From positions 82,710 to 146,709 of the forward strand of contig CAVSYR010000004.1 of assembly GCA_963732225.1 (NCBI GenBank): a stretch of DNA of 64,000 nt. Reading direction: 5' to 3'. Positions 1-8,663 of this stretch are shown piece after piece. The translations under genes and the position numbers were made by a program. The stretch's first letter is position 1, and each line of letters starts with the position of its first letter. Source of the DNA: an uncultured Solirubrobacterales bacterium. GTDB lineage: Bacteria > Actinomycetota > Thermoleophilia > Solirubrobacterales > 70-9. The notes under the pieces are model-generated. The model was not told where the DNA came from. It did no database searches and saw nothing but the letters and a program-made list of their open reading frames with translations.

Positions 1-1740
1 GCGTTCTTCGGTGTCATGGAGGACGAGGTAGACGGCGAAAAGGGAGCCGAAGGGGTTGTCGCCCTGCGCGGCGAGGAACATCGAGCCCTCGGCGGCCTTC
101 GGCAAAAGCGGCGTGGAGAGGGTCACTTCGCCGATCCGCGAGGCATCCGGGCATTGCACGGGGTCATTGGTGCCGAGCCCGATCTGCTGGGAGCTGCAGC
201 TGCGCAGGCCGTCGGCGAAGGAGGGCGAGAAGCTCATCCCCTGGGGCAGGGTGACGTTGACGCGCTTGACCGGCGGGGTCGAGAGCGCGTCGGGATCTTC
301 GTTTTGGGCGACGCGGAGGTGGACGTCGAGGCCGGTGGGGGTGTTGGCCTGATGGCCGGTCGGTTCGACTTCGATGTCGGGTTCGAAGCGGGGGCGCTCG
401 CAGTCGGTCGTCTGCCCCGGAAGCGTGTAGGCGACATCGGGCCCGTAGAGCCCCGGGTGCTGCCATGAATCGTAGTTGCGGAAGCGGAGCTGGTGGTCAA
501 CACCGCACTGGGACGGGAGGGTGAGGAACGGCTTGCGGGCCGCGTCGGTCGCGCATTCTTCGTCGGTGAGGGCGTTTTCGCCGAAGGTGAAATAGTTGAA
601 TCGGAAGCAGCGCTCGGAGTCGTGTGAGTGCTCGGCCGGGACCCCCCAGATCGTCAACCTCTGATTGAAGACCGGGGCGGACTCGTTGATGTCGGAGACC
701 TTGGTGGTGATGCCGTAGTTGCTGGCTGGGTCGAGGAAGGCTTTGATGTGGACGGGGTTGCCGGCCAAGGCGAAGCCGAGGTCGGTGACCACCCCGCGGG
801 GGTGGCTGAGGTTGAAGACGCCGGTTGAAAAGCCCAGTTTGTTGCCTGCGGCGAGAGCAATATTGAGGTCGATGCGCCCGACCTGGGAGGAAGGGGGGCA
901 GAGGTTGAGCGTGAAGGCGGCCTGGCCGCACTCGCCGACCGCGGTCGGGGCGCCGATGAAGCCCTGGGGAAGATCGACCTGGAGATCGCGGATGTGCTCG
1001 ACGGGAGTCTCGGTGAGGACCGTGCCTGCTTGCGTCAGACTCTCAGTTCCCAACGGTTCGGAGGTGAGATCGAAGGGGACGGTGAGCAGGTCGGGGTGGG
1101 AGCCCGATTCGCGAACGGCGGTGACACCGTCTTCTTCAAAGAAATCGGGGACGAAGCTTTCGGGGAGGATGCCAAACACAGTGGGCGCGAGGCTGGTTTC
1201 GGTGGACTCAGTGGTGCAGGCTGCGGCCCCGGGGGCGCAGCCCTCTGAGGCAGGGGCTTCGCGGGCGCCGCCGCCGATCAGTTCGGCAGTGGTGGTGCGG
1301 ATCGCGAATTTCGGCGTCGCGGCTGCTTTGACGGTGAACTCGATGAGGCGATTGACGACGTGGCGTTTGAGCGGGTTGGTCGTCGTGCAGACGAGGATTG
1401 AGTCGCCCACCGAGCCGGGGCAGGACCATTTGACGTTATGTTCGTAATTGGTCATGTCGGCGTAAAATTCGACGCTTTCGCGGGTCAAGCCAGGCGGAAG
1501 GCTGATCTTCAGGGTGAGCGGAGCCGATGTGGGTTCGCCGCTGAGATTGGAGACGTCGAACCAGTACTGACCGAGACCGCCGGGCTGGATGGTGGTGGGG
1601 TGGTGATGAATGTCGACCGTGAGCAGGGGCGCGGCGCTGGCCGAGGCGACCCCGAGCCAGAGGAGGAGCGGGCAGGTGAAGAGGAGGGCGAGGCGCCTCA
1701 GGCTTCGAACGTTGGCGCAAGCGGGCGAAGTGGTTGACAT
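1..1740 (-). CDS. Secreted protein, third family of the surface cassette (copy 1). The 5' end is in the window and the 3' end runs off the left edge.
   Basis: Absent from the ORF track because it has no stop inside the window. Reading the minus strand from ATG at 1740 gives 580 sense codons down to position 1 (MSTTSPACANVRSLRRLALLFTCPLLLWLGVASASAAPLLTVDIHH...). The N-terminus looks like a signal peptide. It is a clear paralog of the gene at 13263-16104: ESGSHPDLLTVPF vs QAGSHPFGFATTV; RLTIWGVPAEHSHDSERC vs RITIWGNPSDPAHDAERGLC; FGSLFAVYLVLHD vs SLLALYVVIKN. It starts 48 nt after the stop of the giant gene. Confidence 0.75.
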   Translation of the reverse strand, partial: MSTTSPACANVRSLRRLALLFTCPLLLWLGVASASAAPLLTVDIHHHPTTIQPGGLGQYWFDVSNLSGEPTSAPLTLKISLPPGLTRESVEFYADMTNYEHNVKWSCPGSVGDSILVCTTTNPLKRHVVNRLIEFTVKAAATPKFAIRTTTAELIGGGAREAPASEGCAPGAAACTTESTETSLAPTVFGILPESFVPDFFEEDGVTAVRESGSHPDLLTVPFDLTSEPLGTESLTQAGTVLTETPVEHIRDLQVDLPQGFIGAPTAVGECGQAAFTLNLCPPSSQVGRIDLNIALAAGNKLGFSTGVFNLSHPRGVVTDLGFALAGNPVHIKAFLDPASNYGITTKVSDINESAPVFNQRLTIWGVPAEHSHDSERCFRFNYFTFGENALTDEECATDAARKPFLTLPSQCGVDHQLRFRNYDSWQHPGLYGPDVAYTLPGQTTDCERPRFEPDIEVEPTGHQANTPTGLDVHLRVAQNEDPDALSTPPVKRVNVTLPQGMSFSPSFADGLRSCSSQQIGLGTNDPVQCPDASRIGEVTLSTPLLPKAAEGSMFLAAQGDNPFGSLFAVYLVLHDTEER

Positions 1741-1787
1741 CTGAGCGGTCTCCAGATCTTTGGTCGGCGGTGCGGGGCGGGCGGCGT

Positions 1788-4700
1788 TCATCGATGCCCT
1801 GCCCGGTGATGGCCGCGCTTGCCGCAACGGCGGTGGTGCCTACCCCTGCGCTTGCATCTTTTCGGCGTGATGGCCGGCGGATTGCCCGGCCCGCGGAAGG
1901 TGGAGGTCCCCGGGGGCGCTTCCTCGGGGGTGCCGTTCGGGGTTCCCTGGCAGACCTCGAGCGGACACGGCTTGGGCTTGGGCGGGAAAGCGATGCCGCC
2001 GCCGATGCGCGCATCATAGAGGCGGGCGTAGGCGTCGGGGGCGTCTTCGGTGTACTGGGCGGGGGCGCTGAAGAAGAGGTCGCGGCCCGAGGGGCTGATG
2101 CCGGCGACCTCGGGGGCGCCAGCGCCATTGGAGAAGGCGGTCCATTGGGTGAGGCCGTCGGTGACGAGGAGCAACCGCCCATCACGCCACTCGTAGACAT
2201 CGGTGCCGGCGAGTGGGTCCTTGCCAGGCCCGGGCGTGTTCTGGTCGGCGGGAAGCAGCGGGGTAGGCGTCGTAAAGGCAACATCACCCTGATCGGTGAT
2301 TACAGTGATGTTGCGAGCGCCACGATTTGTGCTGCCGGGGAACGTGGCACGCGGCGTAGTGCCAGGCTCGGGGCAAGAGATGCAGACCAGGGAGCGATGG
2401 CGGTCGTCATAGCGGTAGGACTGTGTGGCGCCGCCGTTTACCTTGCCGCCCTGCGGATTGAGGAGCGGACTGGCGGAGCGGAAGGTGAGGACAGCGCCGT
2501 CGGGGGTCAGATCGGCGGGTTCACCCAGGCTCCCGATAGCGAAACCCGATCCGACGTAGGCGAGGGCGCTGGTGGCGACATCCACCCGGTAGATACCCCT
2601 GGTCGCTGCACCCGGGAGCAGCGGCTTGGCACTTTCGAAATAGACGCGGGAACCGTCATCTGAGACACGGATTTCGAGATTCGGTTCTTGGGTGACCACC
2701 ACGTCGACGTCGAATCCCGAAAGCACGCAGGTCACGCATTCGAGGGTTTGGTCGGAGGTGTCATAACGATAGACGTCTCCGTCGGGACCATTTCCGGTTC
2801 CCGAGCTGCAAGCAGCAGGATTTCGGTCGGCGGGATCGAGACGGGTCTGCGTCCAGAAAAAGGCGGCGCCGGGGGTTGACTTGATGAAGCCGGCGCTGCA
2901 CTGGGGCCCGGAGATCGGCGGCCCTGAGATGAGCTTCGATTCTTCGGCCTCGAGGTCACGCGCGTAGAGCCCGGTGGGCCCGGTGCAGTTGTTCGCGCGA
3001 CTGTTGAAGTAGAGAAACTTCCCGTCGGCCGACAGGGAGTGGGCCTGGGCCCTCTCAGCGAAGGCCTCGTAATCCCCTCCGCCGTGTCGAACCTTCACCC
3101 CGCAACTCGCCGGTTCGCCGCCGGGAAGGAGGCTGAGGAGATGGGGTGGTGAGGCGCTGATGTCATAGAGGTTTGGGAGGCTCGCGGCGGTGGGATAGGC
3201 AGGATCGACGACCCCGTTATCCTCGAATCCACCGATCACCGTTCGCGCGTCATCAGAGGCAAGCAGGGCGGGTTGGGAGGGGTCCAAGTTAAGTGCCGCG
3301 GCACTCCCCATAGGGAACTGCGCGAGCGGCGTAGGCGTGCGGCCGGGCCCAAGGCGCCAGATGGTCCCTTTCGTGTTGCCATCGAGTTGGTCGCCGTTAA
3401 AGGCGAGGACCGTCGAAAGCGAGGGATCCGAGAGGGGCGTCAGCCAGGTAAGCCCGGTCAACTGGTCACGCACCGGAGTGATGAGTTCGGTCTGCCAACC
3501 AGATTCGGGGTGCTCGCCGGGGGGCCGCTGGGCGAAGTAGAGGCCCCAGAAATTCCCGGCGTTGGAGAGGGGGGTGCCGCCGGAGACGCGATAGATGGCT
3601 CGGTCGCCGTCGTCGGAGAGGCCGAGGGTGCCGCCGACGAGGATGGGATTGCCGCCGGATTCGCCGAGGCTGACCTGCTCGTAGGCGCGGTCGGAGCCAG
3701 GCGGCCCCGAAAACCGCCCATGGCTGAGGGGGGCGTCGGAGGCTCGCGTCGTGAAGGTGACGTCGTTGCCGAGCGCGGCGCCGGCGACGTTGCCGTTGTC
3801 GGCGACGATGCGGTAGTGATAGGTGGTGCCAGGCGCCAGGCCGGTGAGCTTGCGGGCGACAAGAACAGTGTGGCTGAGGTCGCCGCCCTGCCTCTGGGTC
3901 GTCACTTTGAAGTTGGTCGGTAACCCCACATTATTTTTAGGTGGCGTCGCCCCGTCGCCAACGTCGAGCTGGGGCACGTCGGTACCGGCAAGGCTCCCCA
4001 CGAAGGTGACTTGGTAGGCACCCGGCTCGCCGCTGACCTGGACGTTTCCGGAGCCGATCGAAGGGAGGGCTTCGAGGGCCTGCGCCAGTTTTGCGGCGGA
4101 CTCGTCGAAGGACAGGTCGGGAGTGGTCTGGGCGCCAAAGGAGACCCTGAACTGGCCGCTGGCCGCATCGAAGGCGATCAACTGCAGCTCATTGGTGTCT
4201 ATCTGGGTGGGGGAAGTGGCGGTGGCGGTGGCAAAGCCGCTGGCTTCGTATGCGGCAACGGTGACGTATTCGAAGTGGTAGCTCGTCGGCTGGCCCTGAG
4301 GATCGACGCGACCGTTCAACCAGGCGGTGGTCGCGGTCCTTTCGGGGGCGCCGACGGTCTCGACTTCGGCCGGGCCGGTCGTCCTGATCGAGGCCTGGCG
4401 CGACACCGTGCCTTCGAGGTTCGCCGCGGTGAGCAAGTAGCGATAGGTCGTATTGGGAGTCAGGCCATTCAGAACGATGCTGACAGCATGCGGCGATTCG
4501 TCGGTGGGGATCTGGTCAAAGCTCGGATCGCAGGAGACGGTGCCGCCTGAGGACAAATCGGAAAACCCTGCAATCTGGAACGCCCGCTCGGTCACGTACT
4601 GAAGGTGACAGGCGGTAAGGGTCGAGCCTTTCGGATTGACGGACGCATGCACCGTCGCAGTGTCGTTGCCGACGGCGGTGGGCGGCGAGAGGGCTACCCT

Positions 4701-6035
4701 GGGCGGCGGCGGCGGGCCCCCGGCGAAGACCCTGACCTGCTTGGTTGTGTCATCGAGCACATAGATGTAGTGGTTCGTGGCGTCGACGGCGATGCCGAGG
4801 AATTTGGCTGTAGGGAATCCGGTGGCGAATTCGTCGACCAGTTCGCCGCTCAGTTCATATTCGCTGATCTTGCTCTGCCCGCTGCTCCCAGTAACTACGA
4901 ATGCGCGATCGGTGGAGGGGTCGATAGTCAGGCTTGCTCCGAAACCAGGCGCTGGATCCTGGGCGATCATCGAACCCGATTGGTATTCGCTGTCCTTGGT
5001 AAAAGACCACAGCTGGTTTGGCCCGCTGAGATAGAGATTGTCTTCGCTGTCGAATGCGATCTGATTCACCGGATTGGGAAACGGCGCCACGACGCCCTTG
5101 ATGATCGTTGCCGTGCCGGGATCGATCTCGATGAGGTCTGGGGAGCTTCCCGGCGTCAGCCGCGTCGCGAGCCACAGCATCCCCTGGGAGTCGACCGCCA
5201 TGGACCCAACGGAGAGTTCGGTCGCCACCGGGAACCCGGGAAGTTCGGCCCCTGTGGGCGCGAAGCCCCGAATGGAAGGTACAGAGTAGGTCGACTCGTA
5301 GACGTTGCCTGCAGTGCTTTGGCCCGTGCCATCGACAGCGAAGGCTTCGGCGAACAGATACGGAACACTGAGAGGATTGAAACCGGAAAGGACAGGAAAG
5401 GCCGGCGGCACCGCGATTTCGTTGCCGTACACGCCGCGGACACCGGAGTGCTCGGCCCTCCCTGCGACAAAGAGACGGCGCCGGCTCTGGTCGATTCCGA
5501 TCCCTCCATGGTCGCCGCCGGCGGTCAATTCCGGATACTGGCTGGCGGCAGTTCCGTCGGGCCCGAAAACAGCCACCGCTCCGTGGTAGGTGATGAAGCC
5601 CTGATCGGCGCCGAGGATCGTACCGCTGGAGGTGGTCTGGGCGACGAGGCGGAAGTGATATTCCTTGCCAGCGATGAGGCCGGTGAGATGGGCGCTGAGG
5701 TCGGCGGGAGAGGTGAAGGCGTTGCCCTCGGCGCAGGCGACTTCGCTGCCGTAGGCGAGGGTTTCGCCCCATTCGAATTTGCAGTTGACGATGCCGGGGT
5801 CGGCTTCGGGGTCGAGGTGGCCGTTGAGGGTGGCGCTGGAGCTGCGGACCTTGGTCGCCAGCTGGGTGGAAGCGGTGGAGGCAAGCGCGGCGCCGGGGAC
5901 AAGCGCCGCGCTTGCGAGGAGCAGCGCGAGGGCGGCGAGGGCGAGCGAGCGGGCAGGGGTGCTCATGCCCAAACGGCGGTGGGGGGCCGGTGACCCGTCG
6001 TGGATCGCTCTATCTGTCTGCGCCTCTCGCTTCAC
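1788..6035 (-). CDS. Giant secreted repeat protein (1415 aa) with Fn3-like modules, beta-propeller-like repeats and a Cys/basic C-terminal tail (cassette copy 1)
   Basis: Uninterrupted 4.2-kb ORF. GTG at 6035 is preceded by GAGGAGAA. Signal peptide LALAALALLLASAALVPGAALA. Repeated modules of the type TLNGxxDP...YxFEY/W...YG...L.P.T.YHxR. C-terminal PD40/TolB-like strings (SDDGSRVYFES, TPDGAVLTF, DVYEWRDG). Tail is CPLEVCQGTP...RCKRRGRHHRRCGKRGHHRAGHR. Confidence 0.85.
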   Translation of the reverse strand: MKREAQTDRAIHDGSPAPHRRLGMSTPARSLALAALALLLASAALVPGAALASTASTQLATKVRSSSATLNGHLDPEADPGIVNCKFEWGETLAYGSEVACAEGNAFTSPADLSAHLTGLIAGKEYHFRLVAQTTSSGTILGADQGFITYHGAVAVFGPDGTAASQYPELTAGGDHGGIGIDQSRRRLFVAGRAEHSGVRGVYGNEIAVPPAFPVLSGFNPLSVPYLFAEAFAVDGTGQSTAGNVYESTYSVPSIRGFAPTGAELPGFPVATELSVGSMAVDSQGMLWLATRLTPGSSPDLIEIDPGTATIIKGVVAPFPNPVNQIAFDSEDNLYLSGPNQLWSFTKDSEYQSGSMIAQDPAPGFGASLTIDPSTDRAFVVTGSSGQSKISEYELSGELVDEFATGFPTAKFLGIAVDATNHYIYVLDDTTKQVRVFAGGPPPPPRVALSPPTAVGNDTATVHASVNPKGSTLTACHLQYVTERAFQIAGFSDLSSGGTVSCDPSFDQIPTDESPHAVSIVLNGLTPNTTYRYLLTAANLEGTVSRQASIRTTGPAEVETVGAPERTATTAWLNGRVDPQGQPTSYHFEYVTVAAYEASGFATATATSPTQIDTNELQLIAFDAASGQFRVSFGAQTTPDLSFDESAAKLAQALEALPSIGSGNVQVSGEPGAYQVTFVGSLAGTDVPQLDVGDGATPPKNNVGLPTNFKVTTQRQGGDLSHTVLVARKLTGLAPGTTYHYRIVADNGNVAGAALGNDVTFTTRASDAPLSHGRFSGPPGSDRAYEQVSLGESGGNPILVGGTLGLSDDGDRAIYRVSGGTPLSNAGNFWGLYFAQRPPGEHPESGWQTELITPVRDQLTGLTWLTPLSDPSLSTVLAFNGDQLDGNTKGTIWRLGPGRTPTPLAQFPMGSAAALNLDPSQPALLASDDARTVIGGFEDNGVVDPAYPTAASLPNLYDISASPPHLLSLLPGGEPASCGVKVRHGGGDYEAFAERAQAHSLSADGKFLYFNSRANNCTGPTGLYARDLEAEESKLISGPPISGPQCSAGFIKSTPGAAFFWTQTRLDPADRNPAACSSGTGNGPDGDVYRYDTSDQTLECVTCVLSGFDVDVVVTQEPNLEIRVSDDGSRVYFESAKPLLPGAATRGIYRVDVATSALAYVGSGFAIGSLGEPADLTPDGAVLTFRSASPLLNPQGGKVNGGATQSYRYDDRHRSLVCISCPEPGTTPRATFPGSTNRGARNITVITDQGDVAFTTPTPLLPADQNTPGPGKDPLAGTDVYEWRDGRLLLVTDGLTQWTAFSNGAGAPEVAGISPSGRDLFFSAPAQYTEDAPDAYARLYDARIGGGIAFPPKPKPCPLEVCQGTPNGTPEEAPPGTSTFRGPGNPPAITPKRCKRRGRHHRRCGKRGHHRAGHR

Positions 6036-6075
6036 TTAGATTCTCCTCGCCTGACTTGTCTCTTCTGGTTGGTGG

Positions 6076-6120
6076 GGGGCCCGAGCGTCGAAATGCGACT
6101 GGACGCTGCGCTCGAGCCCC
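6076..6120 (-). terminator. Intercistronic stem-loop between the collagen-like gene and the giant gene (possible attenuator or partial terminator), copy 1
   Basis: GGGGCCCGAGCG (6076-6087) pairs with CGCTCGAGCCCC (6109-6120) at 11 of 12 positions. A differently sequenced hairpin occupies the equivalent position in copy 2 (20201-20229). There is no U-tract. Confidence 0.3.
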
Positions 6121-6133
6121 AATCAGAGTCGCG

Positions 6134-6918
6134 CTAGCCGGTCACCGCCCAGGTTCCGCTGCCGACATGGAAGCCCCCTTCGGCTTCTGAAACCAGGAGG
6201 ATGGCGCCGGAGACGCTCGCCCCGAGTCCGAAAGTGGCCGGGTCCTGGACCTGGACGAGGGTCGCGCCGGCAAGGGCCCCCGCGTAGACGCAGAGGTAGC
6301 CGGGATCGGCCTCGGGGTTGGCGGCACCCGCAGTCCCGGCGTGTTCTTCATTTTCGCAGTGTTCGTTGGTGGGGTCGTTGATGATCGTGTGACTTGCTTC
6401 GGTGATCGGAGCGGCAAGCGGGATGTCGAAGGAGAGCGGAAGACCCGCCGTCACCCCACCGTTGTAGCGCCAGACGCCGGTCTCGGTCGCCTTCGAGGGA
6501 AGGGTGCCTCCCGCGGTCCAAGGTTCGCCTTCGGGACCCGGGGTGCCAGCTTCACCGTTGCAGACGTATTTCTTGGTGGCCGGTTCGCCGGCGACTTCGA
6601 CGCTGGAGCCGCCTTCGCCACAGTTGGCGCCAGGTTCCTCGTTAGCCACCACCACCGACTTGCCGTTGGTGCCGGGGCTGCCGTTTGCACCGGGTGCCCC
6701 GTCTTTGCCGTTGGTGCCGTTAGTACCGGGTCACCAGCAGCCCCAGCCGGCCCAGTCCCCTGGAAGCTCTTCGCGATCGCCTTGACTTCCTTCTTCTGCT
6801 TGCCGTTGAGGCCGGAGGCCGCGATGGCGCTTCCCCCTACGGCGAGGACGATGGCAATAACTCCAAGCACCAAGCCTGCGGTGCCGAAACGGTCTTTAAA
6901 GCGGCGGTAGAGAGACAT
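6134..6918 (-). pseudogene. Membrane-anchored collagen-like (Gly-X-Y) protein with a globular C-terminal domain, cassette copy 1. One frame change lies inside the Gly-X-Y tract.
   Basis: ORF 6451-6918 gives the N-terminus (MSLYRRFKDRFGTAGLVLGVIAIVLAVGGSAIAASGLNGKQKKEVKAIAKSFQGTGPAGAAGDP...). ORF 6134-6655 gives the rest (...GKSVVVANEEPGANCGEGG...GSGTWAVTG*). Together they are collinear with the intact paralog at 20251-21048. One missing base near 6725-6729 (GACCCGGTACT, expected CCCGGGT) would restore GDPGTNGTNGKDGAPGANGSPGTNGKS. AGGAGG lies upstream of the ATG. Confidence 0.8.
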
Positions 6919-7491
6919 CAGTGCTTTTCCTCCTGTGTGTGGGTTACGTCTTCCCCTCCCACGGGGAGGAGAGCTGCGTGGCCCTCGCGCCGCGCGAGGC
7001 GGCTCGAGGGGGACGTGAGTCGAAGGTCTGCGGCGGCGGCGCTCACCCGGAGGAGGAGCACGGCGCCGGGGTCGAGGTCGGGATGCGGCGGGGCGAGCTC
7101 GGGGAGGCGAGAATCGCGAGCTGGCGGCTTGGGGAGGTGTGATGCGAATGCTTCAGAGCCGAGGACGTCGACGCGGCCGGCGAGTTCAGCTCCCCGCCGC
7201 TCGCTGCTCTCGATGACACGCGGGCCGACAAGCCGAACGGCGCCAGCGAACGCAGACGGGGCGAAGCCGGTGAGGCCTGTGCCTGCTGCGCTTTCACTGC
7301 GATCGGTCCTCCCTGGTCCGGTGCCGCTTCGCCGCTGTCCCGATTCGCATCTGCTGCGAATCCCCTGACCGCGGCGGGTTGGCCGTTTTCTTTCCTCCGT
7401 CCGGGGAGCCGATCCGCGTTGCCCTTCCGGGGCGCTGCGGTTGTCCTCCCTGGACGCTGGTAATGAGAACAGATGTCTACCAGAATGTCAA
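6919..7491 (-). promoter_or_regulatory. Long 5' leader plus promoter-like block of cassette copy 1 (candidate structured cis-regulatory RNA)
   Basis: Core 7291-7491 is about nine-tenths identical by eye to 22829-23030 upstream of copy 2. It includes TTGACA (7491-7486, minus strand) and hairpins with conserved stems and variable loops (GAUUCGCA-loop-UGCGAAUC; GCCC-CGGAA-GGGC). A conserved CCTCC-CCGTG-GGAGG hairpin sits just before the RBS. No convincing -10 hexamer could be placed. Confidence 0.5.
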
Positions 7492-7862
7492 GGATCAATT
7501 TGTTGGGGCGATTTGGCCTAGCCGGAGGAGTTGGCTTGTTTAGGCCTTTAGCGGCCTCAAATCCGTGTGCTGCACGGCTATCTATAAGAACGACAGCGAG
7601 CCATAACGGTGCCCATTGCCTTCGACCGCGGGACGGTGAGCGCTCGCCCAGAGCGGTTTGGAGGCTGCTGCGGCGTCCAGGCCACAGTTGCTGTGGATGT
7701 TCGCTATCCGAGAGGGTTTCGGGTCAAAGCACAACCCCGGCAGGCGCAGTTGCGCAGAGCCGCAAGCTCCTGGTCTAGCTCGTCACCTACGCAGACACTG
7801 CCCACCGATGCGGCGGCCGGATCGGGCAGGGTCGAAGCGATGATGCAATGGCGCCCGATCGG

Positions 7863-8159
7863 CTACTGGATCTGAGCGCTGAAAGCGAGAGTGCCGAGAG
7901 AATCGCCGGCGTGGAAAGACGTCTTTGCCTGCGGCGAAGGGCTGGTTGGAGTAAGTGGCGGTGCCGGTGGTCAAGGTCAGCGGCGCGGCGAGATCGCGAT
8001 CGTGCGGGCGAGCGGGTCGGAGGCCGAGCCGGCGGAGCTAAGGTCGAGGATCGGCACTTGGCCGAGCTTTTGGGCGGTGGATCGGGGTTCGATCAGCCAA
8101 TCCAGACCCCCTTTCGCGGCTGCAAGCACGGCACCTGGCGGCGTCCTCGGTCGCCCCAA
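7863..8159 (-). pseudogene. Orphan 3' fragment (distal copy) of the C-terminal domain of gene 8664-10001
   Basis: Pieces from ORFs 7977-8159 and 7783-7974 read KLGQVPILDLSSAGSASDPLARTIAIS..APLTLTTGTATYSNQPFAAGKDVF.AGDSLGTLAFSAQIQ* after at least two frame corrections. It has its own TAG at 7865-7863. It is collinear with the last ~90 aa of the 445-aa protein. Confidence 0.6.
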
Positions 8160-8271
8160 TAGCCGTTGCTATGGGGCTTCCTGCGTCGCGTTGCCAGGCT
8201 TGGCTTTCGCTCGCGAGAACCGGGCCTGTCTAACGGGCCGAACCCCTCCCCCCGCTTAAGCTTAGGATTGA

Positions 8272-8550
8272 TCACTGCGCCTGCGCAACAAAGGTCGCGG
8301 CACCGAAAATCTCGCCCGGATGAAAGGTGTCTTTACCGCCAGCAAAGGCCTGGTTGAAATAGGCAGCGGTGGCCTCAGTCAAGCTGAGGGGAGCCCCTGC
8401 AACGGCGATCGTGCGCGCCACCGGGTCACTGCTAACGGCTCCGGCGCCTAAGGCAAGGACTGGAACCTGTCCCAGCTTTCCAGGGAAGGTCGGTGCCGGC
8501 TCCTCATCAATTCCGCCCATCTGCTCTGCTCCCGCTCGGGCGGAATCATC
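8272..8550 (-). pseudogene. Orphan 3' fragment (proximal copy) of the C-terminal domain of gene 8664-10001; in frame, with a possible ATG at 8520
   Basis: The tail of ORF 8272-8667 reads MGGIDEEPAPTFPGKLGQVPVLALGAGAVSSDPVARTIAVAGAPLSLTEATAAYFNQAFAGGKDTFHPGEIFGAATFVAQAQ*. The intact gene ends VEPTPTFPGKLGQISIAGIDLAPATINSDPKARTVSVGGAALTLSPQTAETFNEAFAKPQGKADVFRAGESLGTISFTAQTQ*. Confidence 0.6.
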
Positions 8551-8663
8551 ACAACCAGAGATCTTCCGCCCGAGCTCCCGCGTCCGCGATGGGCGGGTTT
8601 GGTGGGACCTGCTCAGGTTCTGTGACTCAAGCGCTGGGGGCGGAAGTTGGCGGCGACATACGG

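Noticed and set aside
7300-7360. An 18-codon micro-ORF in leader copy 1 (ATG CGA ATC GGG..., MRIGTAAKRHRTREDRSQ*) as a possible leader peptide.
   Set aside because: In copy 2 the start is GTG, and a 1-nt length difference changes the frame downstream. The peptide is therefore not conserved, although the nucleotides are.
7291-7491. Resemblance of the leader block to tandem glycine-riboswitch aptamers. CCAGGGAGGAC appears twice, CGCCCCGGAAGGGCAA resembles CGCCGAAGGAGCAA, and CUCCCCGGAC resembles CUCUCAGGC. The idea is tempting because the downstream gene is glycine-rich.
   Set aside because: I could not place a P2 hairpin or a closing P1. The second half lacks the CACCGAAGGGGCAA core. The matches need indels. 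Without a covariance-model score this is pattern-matching only, so it is kept as an unclassified candidate RNA.
7463-7491. A full sigma-70-type promoter: TTGACA plus a -10 element.
   Set aside because: TTGACA is conserved in both copies. The hexamers at 17-19 nt spacing (TCTCAT, CTCATT, TCATTA) are poor, and copy 2's TTAAAT is 22 nt away. Only a promoter-like label is justified.
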